Below are positions 47,030-55,526 of a stretch of DNA of 64,000 nucleotides, in pieces. The stretch is from a virus. Both the position numbers and the translations under genes were made by a program. Location of the stretch: positions 18,978 through 82,977 of the IMG/VR virus record IMGVR_UViG_3300022540_000472; one strand, given 5' to 3'. Within the stretch, counting starts at the first letter, position 1; each line of letters starts with the position of its first letter. The notes beneath the pieces were generated by a model. That model saw only the letters and a list, made by a program, of their open reading frames with translations, was not told the DNA's origin and ran no database searches.

Positions 47030-47919
47030 TGAAATTTGACAACCTACAAGACCTCAAATCACAGTTTACAAAAGGTAAATTAAAATCTTTGCCTAATGAA
47101 CTTTCTGTTGAAGATATCAAGTATAAACTATCAAGCGGTACTACTGATAAATTTGAAGATATAATCAACGATAACAAAAAAGCTATGTTGGTTTACAGCC
47201 TTGACCCAAATAAAGAAAATAAAGAAAAGTATGATGAAAAACATACAAGTGCTGATGATACATCAAGTTTTCAGGACCGTTTAGTTTTTGTTTGGGCTAT
47301 GACTCGTCTTACGATTCGTCCTGTTGAAGTTAAATTTGTTTCTAAAGGCCGAATGGGAATGGTTATGGTTCGTGAAGCAAACGACCAAAATGTTATTGGT
47401 GACGTTGTAGATGTTCGGTTTACATCTATGCCACAAAGTGTTACTCTTAAAGGTAAAGTTGATACTGGTGCTCTTATGAGTTCATTACACGCTGATAAAT
47501 TTGACATAAATGAAAAAACAAACACTGTAAGTTTCTTATCAAAAGTACTTTCTCCAAATATTATTTCATTACCGCTCCAAGATAAGCAAGCAGTTAAGTC
47601 TGCCGATGGTGGTACAGAGTATCGTCCTGTTATTGCTCTTAATCTTGAAATTAATGGAAAGCTTCTGCAAGATGTTTTAATTAACTTAAATGATAGAAAT
47701 AATATGGACCACAAATTATTGATTGGTCAAAATATTTTAGAGAAAGGTAAATTCTTAATTGACCCATCCATTCAAGAAGGGGAAGAAGTTATTGATTGGG
47801 ATATGCTTCAAGAAGAATTTAAAGATATAGTAGTTGAAGAAAAAATTGAGATGTGGGATATGGAAGAAATCTTACAAAGCTTTTCTGATGCTGTTGAATA
47901 TAATAGAAATAAAGAATAA
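47029..47919 (+). CDS. Retropepsin-like aspartic protease (RimK-associated 'putative ATP-dependent Zn protease' family) with N-terminal extension
   Basis: KVDTGALMSSLHA; RPVI; NLNDR; LLIGQNIL. Confidence 0.8.
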   Translation: MKFDNLQDLKSQFTKGKLKSLPNELSVEDIKYKLSSGTTDKFEDIINDNKKAMLVYSLDPNKENKEKYDEKHTSADDTSSFQDRLVFVWAMTRLTIRPVEVKFVSKGRMGMVMVREANDQNVIGDVVDVRFTSMPQSVTLKGKVDTGALMSSLHADKFDINEKTNTVSFLSKVLSPNIISLPLQDKQAVKSADGGTEYRPVIALNLEINGKLLQDVLINLNDRNNMDHKLLIGQNILEKGKFLIDPSIQEGEEVIDWDMLQEEFKDIVVEEKIEMWDMEEILQSFSDAVEYNRNKE

Positions 47920-47935
47920 CACATAGGAACCACAT

Positions 47936-48559
47936 ATGGCCAACAAATCTCCGTTTTTTATTAAACAAGAATTCCTCTCACCACTTCTTTGTGAAGATTT
48001 GGTTGATATGCTTGATTTAACTGTTCCTGATACAAACACCGAAGAACATCCAATAAGAACTATCCGCATGCACGAACGTGCTGAATTAAATGTATTCAAT
48101 TATCTTGAAGAAATCGTTCCCGAAATTGAAGAATACTTTAGAATAGATTATCGTGGTACTGAACAAATGGTATTTGAATGGTATGCTTCTGGTTGTAATG
48201 GATACGAACCGCATTGTGAAAATAGTAACTATATTCGTAAACAATGGTTACGTACAAAAGACCGTGACTTAACTGGTGTCATATTTTTAAGTGATTATCA
48301 AGAGCGAATTCCTTTTGATGATGATTTTGAAGCGTATGGTGGTAAGTTAGAATTTGCACAACACGGATTTGGATTTAATCCACAAAGAGGGACAATGATT
48401 ATCTTCCCAAGTGACCCTCATTTCATTAATAACACTACTCCTGTATTGGCTGGCGATTTGTACCAAGTACGATTCCATATTGCGGCTCAATCTCCTTTTC
48501 TATATGACCCCACCGCATTTCCTGGCGATTATCGCGTGTGGTTAGAGCAATTCGCGTAA
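47936..48559 (+). CDS. 2OG-Fe(II) oxygenase-fold protein, degenerate motifs
   Basis: PHCENS; RDLTGVIFLSDY; GGKLEF; PQRGTMIIFPS. Confidence 0.7.
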   Translation: MANKSPFFIKQEFLSPLLCEDLVDMLDLTVPDTNTEEHPIRTIRMHERAELNVFNYLEEIVPEIEEYFRIDYRGTEQMVFEWYASGCNGYEPHCENSNYIRKQWLRTKDRDLTGVIFLSDYQERIPFDDDFEAYGGKLEFAQHGFGFNPQRGTMIIFPSDPHFINNTTPVLAGDLYQVRFHIAAQSPFLYDPTAFPGDYRVWLEQFA

Positions 48560-48569
48560 CAAATAACCG

Positions 48570-48598
48570 TTGACTTTTGCGTTACCCTATGGTATAAT
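48570..48598 (+). promoter_or_regulatory. sigma70 promoter for the transglycosylase gene
   Basis: TTGACT-N17-TATAAT; inverted repeat GTTACCC (48581) / GGGTAAC (48613) brackets the -10. Confidence 0.8.
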
Positions 48599-48645
48599 AT
48601 AACCTATTATGTGGGTAACTTTTTCTTATTAAACGGAGTAATACA

Positions 48646-49599
48646 ATGACACACAAGCAAGTAAAAAACATATCAAATGGAAAATGGTGGCAGCGAGTCA
48701 TTGAACACGTTGAATCTTATCCAGCGATTCAATTAATTTGTCACACATTTATGGTTATTGCTATTTGCATAACTGTTATTGTACTGGGATTTGTAGCGAC
48801 TGATTGGAAAGAGTCAAGTGTTAAGATTGAAATCAAACAAGCTGAATTACAAAAAGAAATAGAGATTGCTAAAATTACTGCTGATGCTAAAAAATCCGAA
48901 ACAGAAGCAAGGCGACAAGAAGCATTGGCTGCACAAAATCCATATGCAGTAGCTGCGCGTGCAAGAAAAGAAAATAACCTTACACTAACCATCAATGCAA
49001 AGGGATATGAAGTTGGTCAATCAGATGCTGAAACTGAAATCAATCTTCAACCAGTAAAAGTCAATGGTAGAAAATATGACCATCAACAACGCAATCTCTT
49101 AACGCTTGCTTGGCATATTGGTAAAGAGGTAGGATATCCAGAAACAGTTCAATCTATTTTACTGCAAGAAACATTAGCGGGTAAACTTGGTAACCGAATT
49201 GGTGATACCGTTTTACCAACAATGAAAAGGTCGTATGGTGTAATGCAAGTTAAGGCAGGTACTGCACGACAAGTGTTACGACTGAACCCCGATCTGCGCA
49301 AAAAATATTTTCCACAATTTAAATCAGAAAAGAAAATACGTGATGAAGAAATCATTATCCAATTAATTCAAGATGATGTATTCACTATTAAGGTCGCTGC
49401 ATTATACTTTGCACATCAACGCAGATTTGCAAAAAGTTGGTCAGTAGCTGTCGTCGCGTACAATCAAGGTCTTGGTGGAGCTCGTCACTTGACAGCACCA
49501 AAAGAACACAAGTATTACCGCAAAATTGTTCAACGTTTAATTAAAGAAGTTCGTCCATTTAACAAAAGTGTTGGGTTATCAATACCCACAAAAGAATAA
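48646..49599 (+). CDS. Membrane-anchored lytic transglycosylase (SLT/lysozyme-like)
   Basis: N-terminal TM plus coiled coil; SILLQET catalytic Glu; YGVMQV; AYNQG. Confidence 0.8.
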   Translation: MTHKQVKNISNGKWWQRVIEHVESYPAIQLICHTFMVIAICITVIVLGFVATDWKESSVKIEIKQAELQKEIEIAKITADAKKSETEARRQEALAAQNPYAVAARARKENNLTLTINAKGYEVGQSDAETEINLQPVKVNGRKYDHQQRNLLTLAWHIGKEVGYPETVQSILLQETLAGKLGNRIGDTVLPTMKRSYGVMQVKAGTARQVLRLNPDLRKKYFPQFKSEKKIRDEEIIIQLIQDDVFTIKVAALYFAHQRRFAKSWSVAVVAYNQGLGGARHLTAPKEHKYYRKIVQRLIKEVRPFNKSVGLSIPTKE

Positions 49600-49675
49600 T
49601 GTTGTGCTTCAGATTATATTTGTGTATAATCTGAAGCTTAAACAAATAAAATAATAACAATAAGGAGAAAATCCA

Positions 49676-49963
49676 ATGACCGATCACGTAAATGTCCCTA
49701 GTGACCCAGCCGAACGCCAAAAACTAAAATCATTTCTTGCAGAGATGACACATTGTATGCAACGAGCAGACGATGAAAGAGAATCAATGAAAGAAATTGC
49801 TGAAGAAGCATATAACCAATTTAATATTCCTAAAAAGATTGTTAACAAACTTGCACGTACAATGTACAAACGCAATTATGCTGACCTTCAAGCTGAAAAT
49901 GAAGACTTTGAATTTCTTTATGAAGCTCTTGTGGAAGGTAAATCTTCATCAGAGGCAGCTTAA
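49676..49963 (+). CDS. T4 DsbA-like double-stranded DNA binding protein
   Basis: Helical pattern ..IPKKIVNKLARTMYK.N......EDFE.LYE resembles T4 DsbA as recalled. Confidence 0.7.
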   Translation: MTDHVNVPSDPAERQKLKSFLAEMTHCMQRADDERESMKEIAEEAYNQFNIPKKIVNKLARTMYKRNYADLQAENEDFEFLYEALVEGKSSSEAA

Positions 49964-49965
49964 TT

Positions 49966-50256
49966 ATGAGTACAATTCGCCCGCTATACGACCGTATAGC
50001 ATTTATACGAGATGACGTTAAAGAAGTTTCCGAAGGTGGAATATTAGTGCCTGGTGGAGTTGATGAGGAACCTGATTTCGGAACTGTTATCGCTGTTGGA
50101 ACAGGTGCATGTTTGCCAGATGGAACTATTCGTCCAATGACTGTTAAACCTGGTGATAGAATTATAGTATCAAAAGGTACAGGTTCTGAAGTTGATTTAG
50201 ATGGACAGAAAATTGTTATCGTATCAGAACCTGAAATCGTTGGAGTGATGTCTTGA
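49966..50256 (+). CDS. groES: Co-chaperonin GroES
   Basis: IRPLYDRI; SEGGILVP; GTVIAVG.G; VKPGDRI; EPEIVG. Confidence 0.93.
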   Translation: MSTIRPLYDRIAFIRDDVKEVSEGGILVPGGVDEEPDFGTVIAVGTGACLPDGTIRPMTVKPGDRIIVSKGTGSEVDLDGQKIVIVSEPEIVGVMS

Positions 50257-52793
50257 GTTACATCTCTGCTAAACGAGATAGAGATGATGTAATAGTATGG
50301 GAGAGAACGGATGAAGGACGAATTGAAAAGACCTACCGTGCTCCCTATTATTTCTATACAAAAGATAAAGATGGTGATGAGAGTAGCATATTTGGTGATA
50401 ATCTAACCAGACACGACTTTAGAACAAGCAAAGAATTTAATTATACTCGTTCCGAATTCAAAAGTTCAGGCATTGAAATGTTTGAATCAGATATTTTACC
50501 TGAAATCCGAGTATTATCTGAACATTATTACAACAAGCCTGCCCCAAAGCTCAATATAACGTTTCTTGATATTGAAGTAGATTATGATATCAAGATTGGT
50601 TTCAGTACTATAGCTAATCCATACGCTCCAATTAACGCTATAGCGATATATCATACACACCAAGATCGCACGGTTGTATATTGTGTGCCACCTGATGACT
50701 CTTGGACTGACCCAAGTCAATTTGATCAAGAACTTCACGACTTAGCAGAAATTGTTTTCTGTAAAGATGAAAAAGAATTATTACTATACATTATTGCTGA
50801 AATAGAAGATAGTGATGTTTTGTGTGGTTGGAATAGTGACTTCTTTGATATGCCATACATAGCCAAACGTATTGAACGAGTGTTAGGAAAAAAGTATTTT
50901 AGAATGTTATCATTTCCAAATGCTGGGAATCCAAAATACCGTGAAGTTGAAAAATACGGAAAGATTATGGAGACGCTTGATCTACAAGGCCGAATTAGTA
51001 TTGATTATCTTAACTTGGTTCAAAAATATGAAATGGGTGGCCGTTCATCATATAAATTAGAAGCCGTTGCAGATGACGTTCTTCCCGAATTGCCAAAGTT
51101 ACATTATGAAGGAACTCTTCATAGCTTATACCGTAACGACTTCCAACATTTTATTCGGTACAACATCCGAGATACAGAAATCCTAAAAGGATTTGAAGAA
51201 CGTCTTGGGTACGTAGCACTTGCAAATGATATGTGTCATATCTCTTGTGGTTTATTTAAACACGTTGGTGGTACATTAAAATTAGCTGAACTTGCTATTA
51301 ACAACTACTGTCACCACGAACTTAATATGAGAGTTCCAAATGTAAAAATCCCTGAAAGCAGTGATTCTATACAAGGTGCATATGTATTAAAACCTAAAGT
51401 TGGACTACACGAATGGGTTGGGTCTATTGATATTAACTCACTATATCCATCTGCAATTCGTTCAATCAATATCAGTCCTGAAACATTAATTGGACAGTTT
51501 CCAGATAACGTTCGTGCTGCTGAAGAAATAGCAAAGGGGTCAATGGTATCTCTTATGTTTGAATACGATAACGGAAAGACAGAAGAGTATAATGCTGATG
51601 ATTGGCGTGAAGTATTAAAAGAACGCAAGTGGGCTATGAGCGGATACGGTACTGTATTTAATCAAGAAACAAAAGGGATTATTCCAGCAATTCTTGAAAA
51701 CTGGTATGCAACTCGTAAAGAGTATCAGAAGATGAAAGCACAAGCATTGGATGATGGTGATAAAGAAAAAGCAGCATATTATGATAGACTCCAATATGTT
51801 TATAAGATTAAACTTAATAGTCTCTATGGTGCGTTGAATAACCAATATTTCCGTTTTTATGATTTACGAATGGGTGAAAGTACAACTGGTACAGGACGAA
51901 TGATTCTTGTTCATCAGTGTGCTAAAACTAATGAACTAATGACAGGTGAATATGACCAATTCGGTGATGCAATTGTATATGGTGATACAGATTCAACATA
52001 CTTTGCAACATCTGCTAAAGATGCAAGAGAGGCGATTCTAATTGCTGATAGAGTAGGTGAACTTGTTAGTGATTCATTCCAAGAATTTATGCAAGAAACA
52101 TTCTTATGTACTCCTGGTTTTGATGACATTATTAAAGCTGGACGAGAAATAGTTTCCGATAGAGGTATTTTTGTTGATAAGAAACGATACATTCTTCACG
52201 TTATTGATAATGAAGGTGAAACAGTTGATAAATTAAAAGTGATGGGTGTTGATACAAAGAAAACAACATTACCACCTGATGTATCTAAAAGGTTGAATTC
52301 TTTCATTGAACGATTCCTTAAAGGTGAAGATTGGGATGTAATTGCTACAGATATTGTTGATTATAAAGACGAGTTGGAAAATGCTGAAGATGTAATGACA
52401 ATTGGTTTACCAAAAGGCGTAAAAGGCGTTGAAGAATATACTCAAAATATGAAAGTATATGGTGAAGGTACAAGATTACCAGGACACGTTGCAGCAAGTA
52501 TTCATTATAATAGATGCCTTGAAGAATATGATGACAAAGAAAGTATGCCAATTTCTTCTGGTATGAAAATTAAGGTATTTTATTTGAAACAAAAGGTTGG
52601 ACGATTCAAAAGTATTGCGTTACCAACAGATACAGAAATCGTTCCACAATGGTTCTTGAATGATTTCCCTATTGATAAAGATGCTCACATTGAACGATTG
52701 GTTGATAAACCTCTTGGTAATATAATAAAAGCCATCGGTAAAGATGTACCCTCAAAGCAGAGCATGGTAGTTGATTCTTTACTTGACTTCTAG
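50253..52793 (+). CDS. DNA polymerase, family B (T4 gp43-like)
   Basis: Exo DIE and GWNSDFFD; SIDINSLYPS; KIKLNSLYG; YGDTDS; KRY. Confidence 0.97.
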   Translation: MSYISAKRDRDDVIVWERTDEGRIEKTYRAPYYFYTKDKDGDESSIFGDNLTRHDFRTSKEFNYTRSEFKSSGIEMFESDILPEIRVLSEHYYNKPAPKLNITFLDIEVDYDIKIGFSTIANPYAPINAIAIYHTHQDRTVVYCVPPDDSWTDPSQFDQELHDLAEIVFCKDEKELLLYIIAEIEDSDVLCGWNSDFFDMPYIAKRIERVLGKKYFRMLSFPNAGNPKYREVEKYGKIMETLDLQGRISIDYLNLVQKYEMGGRSSYKLEAVADDVLPELPKLHYEGTLHSLYRNDFQHFIRYNIRDTEILKGFEERLGYVALANDMCHISCGLFKHVGGTLKLAELAINNYCHHELNMRVPNVKIPESSDSIQGAYVLKPKVGLHEWVGSIDINSLYPSAIRSINISPETLIGQFPDNVRAAEEIAKGSMVSLMFEYDNGKTEEYNADDWREVLKERKWAMSGYGTVFNQETKGIIPAILENWYATRKEYQKMKAQALDDGDKEKAAYYDRLQYVYKIKLNSLYGALNNQYFRFYDLRMGESTTGTGRMILVHQCAKTNELMTGEYDQFGDAIVYGDTDSTYFATSAKDAREAILIADRVGELVSDSFQEFMQETFLCTPGFDDIIKAGREIVSDRGIFVDKKRYILHVIDNEGETVDKLKVMGVDTKKTTLPPDVSKRLNSFIERFLKGEDWDVIATDIVDYKDELENAEDVMTIGLPKGVKGVEEYTQNMKVYGEGTRLPGHVAASIHYNRCLEEYDDKESMPISSGMKIKVFYLKQKVGRFKSIALPTDTEIVPQWFLNDFPIDKDAHIERLVDKPLGNIIKAIGKDVPSKQSMVVDSLLDF

Positions 52794-52829
52794 TATAATA
52801 AAGAAAAATAATAATAAAGGATAATAAAA

Positions 52830-53534
52830 ATGAAAGTAGACGTAGATACTATTGCTTATATTCAAAAAGTAGTAAAAACAGCACAAATGGTTGGGATTGA
52901 TAATGTAATTATTGAACCTGAACTTACTCGTGCTATAGATGATGATAAAACGGTTGTATTATTTCAAAATGAAAATGTACCCGATATGCCATTTGGTTCA
53001 ATTGGATTAAATCGTATTGGGGTATTCATGTCTCGTTTAGATATTGCAAAAACACAAGATGGTTTTTCAATTGAATCTGATAGTCCAGAGGGTAGTGAGT
53101 TTGTTCGTTCATTAACAATGAAGGCAAAGGGTGTAAAAATTGACTATCGCTGTGCAAATCCATCAACTATTCAAGCACCTCGTCAAATCAATGATGTATT
53201 AAAACATCGCGTCCCATTGAATGCTGAAGCAGTTGTACTGTTACAAAAAGGACAGTCTGCTATGAGTGCAGATATAGTTACAATAGTAAGTAATAAGAGT
53301 GGTGTGTCTTTTGAAATTGTTGATATTAATAATGATATCTTTTCACATACATTCACAACAGAAGTTGAAAATTTGACAGACGATACTGATATCAATTTTG
53401 CTCATCGTTACCCAATTAAAACATTGCTTCCATTATTTAAGCAGAATGCAGATGGTTTCTTTGAGGTAGGACAAAAAGGAATATTGAGTATTTCCGTACA
53501 AGGATTAAACTTGTTCGTATTACCACAGGTATAA
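52830..53534 (+). CDS. Sliding clamp (T4 gp45-like)
   Basis: Position after the polymerase; 234-aa alpha/beta pattern; DYRCANPSTI. Confidence 0.6.
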   Translation: MKVDVDTIAYIQKVVKTAQMVGIDNVIIEPELTRAIDDDKTVVLFQNENVPDMPFGSIGLNRIGVFMSRLDIAKTQDGFSIESDSPEGSEFVRSLTMKAKGVKIDYRCANPSTIQAPRQINDVLKHRVPLNAEAVVLLQKGQSAMSADIVTIVSNKSGVSFEIVDINNDIFSHTFTTEVENLTDDTDINFAHRYPIKTLLPLFKQNADGFFEVGQKGILSISVQGLNLFVLPQV

Positions 53535-53538
53535 TATT

Positions 53539-53907
53539 ATGAAGTTACGTTGGTGGAAAACTGCTGAAGAAATTCGCAATGAGGTTCTTGCTCAAGTTCG
53601 TAAAGAACGTGAAGAAGAACGTATCGTTGAACAAAAACGAATAGAAGAGCAAAAGGCTGAAGAAGAAAAAATTGCCGAAGAAAAGGCTAAAGAACCTTGG
53701 GTTGACATTAGAGGTATTATGGAAGACCCAAAACACGGCATTAAAGTTGATTTGGATTGGAATGAGGCTTTCGTTGACTATCTTCGTGAAAATGGTATTA
53801 CAGGGGCGGATGATGAAATCGTTGTTCAAAAGTGGATAACATTGTTATACCGAGACTTAATAGAACAACAACAAGGTAAGAATGGAGCTGATAATGGACT
53901 CGTCTAA
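53539..53907 (+). CDS. Hypothetical protein
   Basis: Charged coil plus LDWNEAFV..L...G. Confidence 0.75.
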   Translation: MKLRWWKTAEEIRNEVLAQVRKEREEERIVEQKRIEEQKAEEEKIAEEKAKEPWVDIRGIMEDPKHGIKVDLDWNEAFVDYLRENGITGADDEIVVQKWITLLYRDLIEQQQGKNGADNGLV

Positions 53908-54811
53908 AAAATATATTCTTTTTGATATAAGTAATTTGTTATATCGTGCTTTCTTTGCCAATAAACAACAAGATGATGAAACGACTGCTGGTCTTGCTCA
54001 TCATATAGCGTTAACAACCTTAAACAAATACTATAAAGCATTCCAACCACATAAGGTAATTATGGCTTATGATAGAAGTAGTTGGAGAAAGGAATATACA
54101 GCAAGCGAAGAGTGTCTTTCTGGTAAGCCATATAAAGGCAATCGTCGTCAAAGTATGACACCAAAAGAAAAAGAGAAGTTTGAAGCATTTCTTCAACATT
54201 TACATGAATTTGAAGAGTTAATGCGTGTTCATTCAAGCGTTGTATGTTTAGCTGGTGATGGACTTGAAGCAGATGACCTTATTGCTGGTTTTTGTCAAAA
54301 ACATCCAGATGATGAAATTATTGTCGTAAGTGGAGATAAAGATATGATTCAACTTCTTCGTCACGATGGTGTTCGTCTTGTTGACCCAGCAACTGGTAAA
54401 GATAGAACTCTTGAAGAATGGAACGGTGATGCTGACTTGTTTATGTTTGAAAAATGTCTTCGTGGTGATGCTGGTGATAATGTTGGTAGTGCATATCCTC
54501 GCATACGCAAAACTAAAATATTAAAAGCCTATGAAGATTCGTTTGAACGTGTTAATGTAATGAATGATACGTGGACAGACCAAAACGGTAAAGAACACGT
54601 AGTTCGTCATTTGTTCGCTGAAAATAAATTATTAATGGATTTAACAGCGCAACCAAATTGTATACGCCGCCAGATGGATGAAGTGATTGACCACGAAATG
54701 GCCGATCCTGGAACATTTAGTTATTTTCATTTCATGCGCTTTTTAGGCAAATATGACATGAAAAAAATATCCCAGAATCTTGACCAATATGTTCCTATGC
54801 TGAGTAGGTAA
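53894..54811 (+). CDS. RNase H / 5'-3' flap exonuclease (T4 rnh-like)
   Basis: ILFDISN; YKGNR; EADDLI; SGDKDMIQL; GDAGDNV. Confidence 0.92.
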   Translation: MDSSKKYILFDISNLLYRAFFANKQQDDETTAGLAHHIALTTLNKYYKAFQPHKVIMAYDRSSWRKEYTASEECLSGKPYKGNRRQSMTPKEKEKFEAFLQHLHEFEELMRVHSSVVCLAGDGLEADDLIAGFCQKHPDDEIIVVSGDKDMIQLLRHDGVRLVDPATGKDRTLEEWNGDADLFMFEKCLRGDAGDNVGSAYPRIRKTKILKAYEDSFERVNVMNDTWTDQNGKEHVVRHLFAENKLLMDLTAQPNCIRRQMDEVIDHEMADPGTFSYFHFMRFLGKYDMKKISQNLDQYVPMLSR

Positions 54812-55168
54812 TTATTCCTCCTCAGTTTTTTCTTTCTTTTTACCGAACCAAGGTAATAGTGGCTTCGTCCAATCTTTACCTGAACTTGAATATAAACCGA
54901 TTACAACAGCAGCCATACTAACGATTGCAGTAACCAATGTCGCTTGTTGTGTACTTGGTCCAACAACGCCTGTAATGTCACACACCACTTGTGTGGCAAG
55001 CAATTGACAATTGGTTTTTGTCACAATGACATCAATTCCTGTATACCAGACCCAAGTTTTCCATGTTAAAAATCCATAAGCAATTACCATTAAACGTGGA
55101 ACAATTCGCCATGCATCTACTGTTTCTGCAACCGCATTTGACCATTTTCTAAATCCATTTACATCCAT
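54812..55168 (-). CDS. Two-TM membrane protein, holin-like candidate
   Basis: WRIVPRL..TM; second TM near the C-terminus; basic/acidic tail; late promoter. Confidence 0.5.
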   Translation of the reverse strand: MDVNGFRKWSNAVAETVDAWRIVPRLMVIAYGFLTWKTWVWYTGIDVIVTKTNCQLLATQVVCDITGVVGPSTQQATLVTAIVSMAAVVIGLYSSSGKDWTKPLLPWFGKKKEKTEEE

Positions 55169-55189
55169 ACTATTCTCCTTGTTCTTTAA

Positions 55190-55201
55190 TATTTATAAAT
55201 A
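55190..55201. promoter_or_regulatory. Palindromic back-to-back late promoters
   Basis: TATTTATAAATA reads TATAAATA on both strands between divergent genes. Confidence 0.7.
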
Positions 55202-55226
55202 TACACATAATTTGAGGAATAAAGAT

Positions 55227-55526
55227 ATGCCAGCAGTAGCCCGTATAGCAGACCCAGTTTCATGTGGTGATATAATAGATCAAGGAAGCGGAAACGTTTT
55301 CTCTAATGGTATGCCTGTCACTCGTGTTGGCCCTGATAACACTGTCGGGCATTGGATTGGAAGATGTTACTGGCCACCTACTCCCATATCAGAAGGCTCT
55401 CCTAACGTATTTGTTAATAATTCGCCAATGGCACGTGTAGACGATCCAATTGTTACTCATTGTTGTGGTCGTTCTTGTCATGATAATCCAATAGCAAATG
55501 GTTCTCCTGACGTATTCGCTAACTAA
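55227..55526 (+). CDS. PAAR-domain spike-tip protein (T4 gp5.4-like)
   Basis: MPAVARIAD; GSGNVF.NG.P..R; GH; GSPNVFVN..P.ARVDD; GSPDVFAN. Confidence 0.93.
   Translation: MPAVARIADPVSCGDIIDQGSGNVFSNGMPVTRVGPDNTVGHWIGRCYWPPTPISEGSPNVFVNNSPMARVDDPIVTHCCGRSCHDNPIANGSPDVFAN

Noticed and set aside
17801-52793. Introns or inteins in thyA, ligase, topoisomerase, nrdA, nrdB, helicase or polymerase
   Set aside because: All are continuous and of normal length, with no C...HN-(C/S/T) splice motifs noticed
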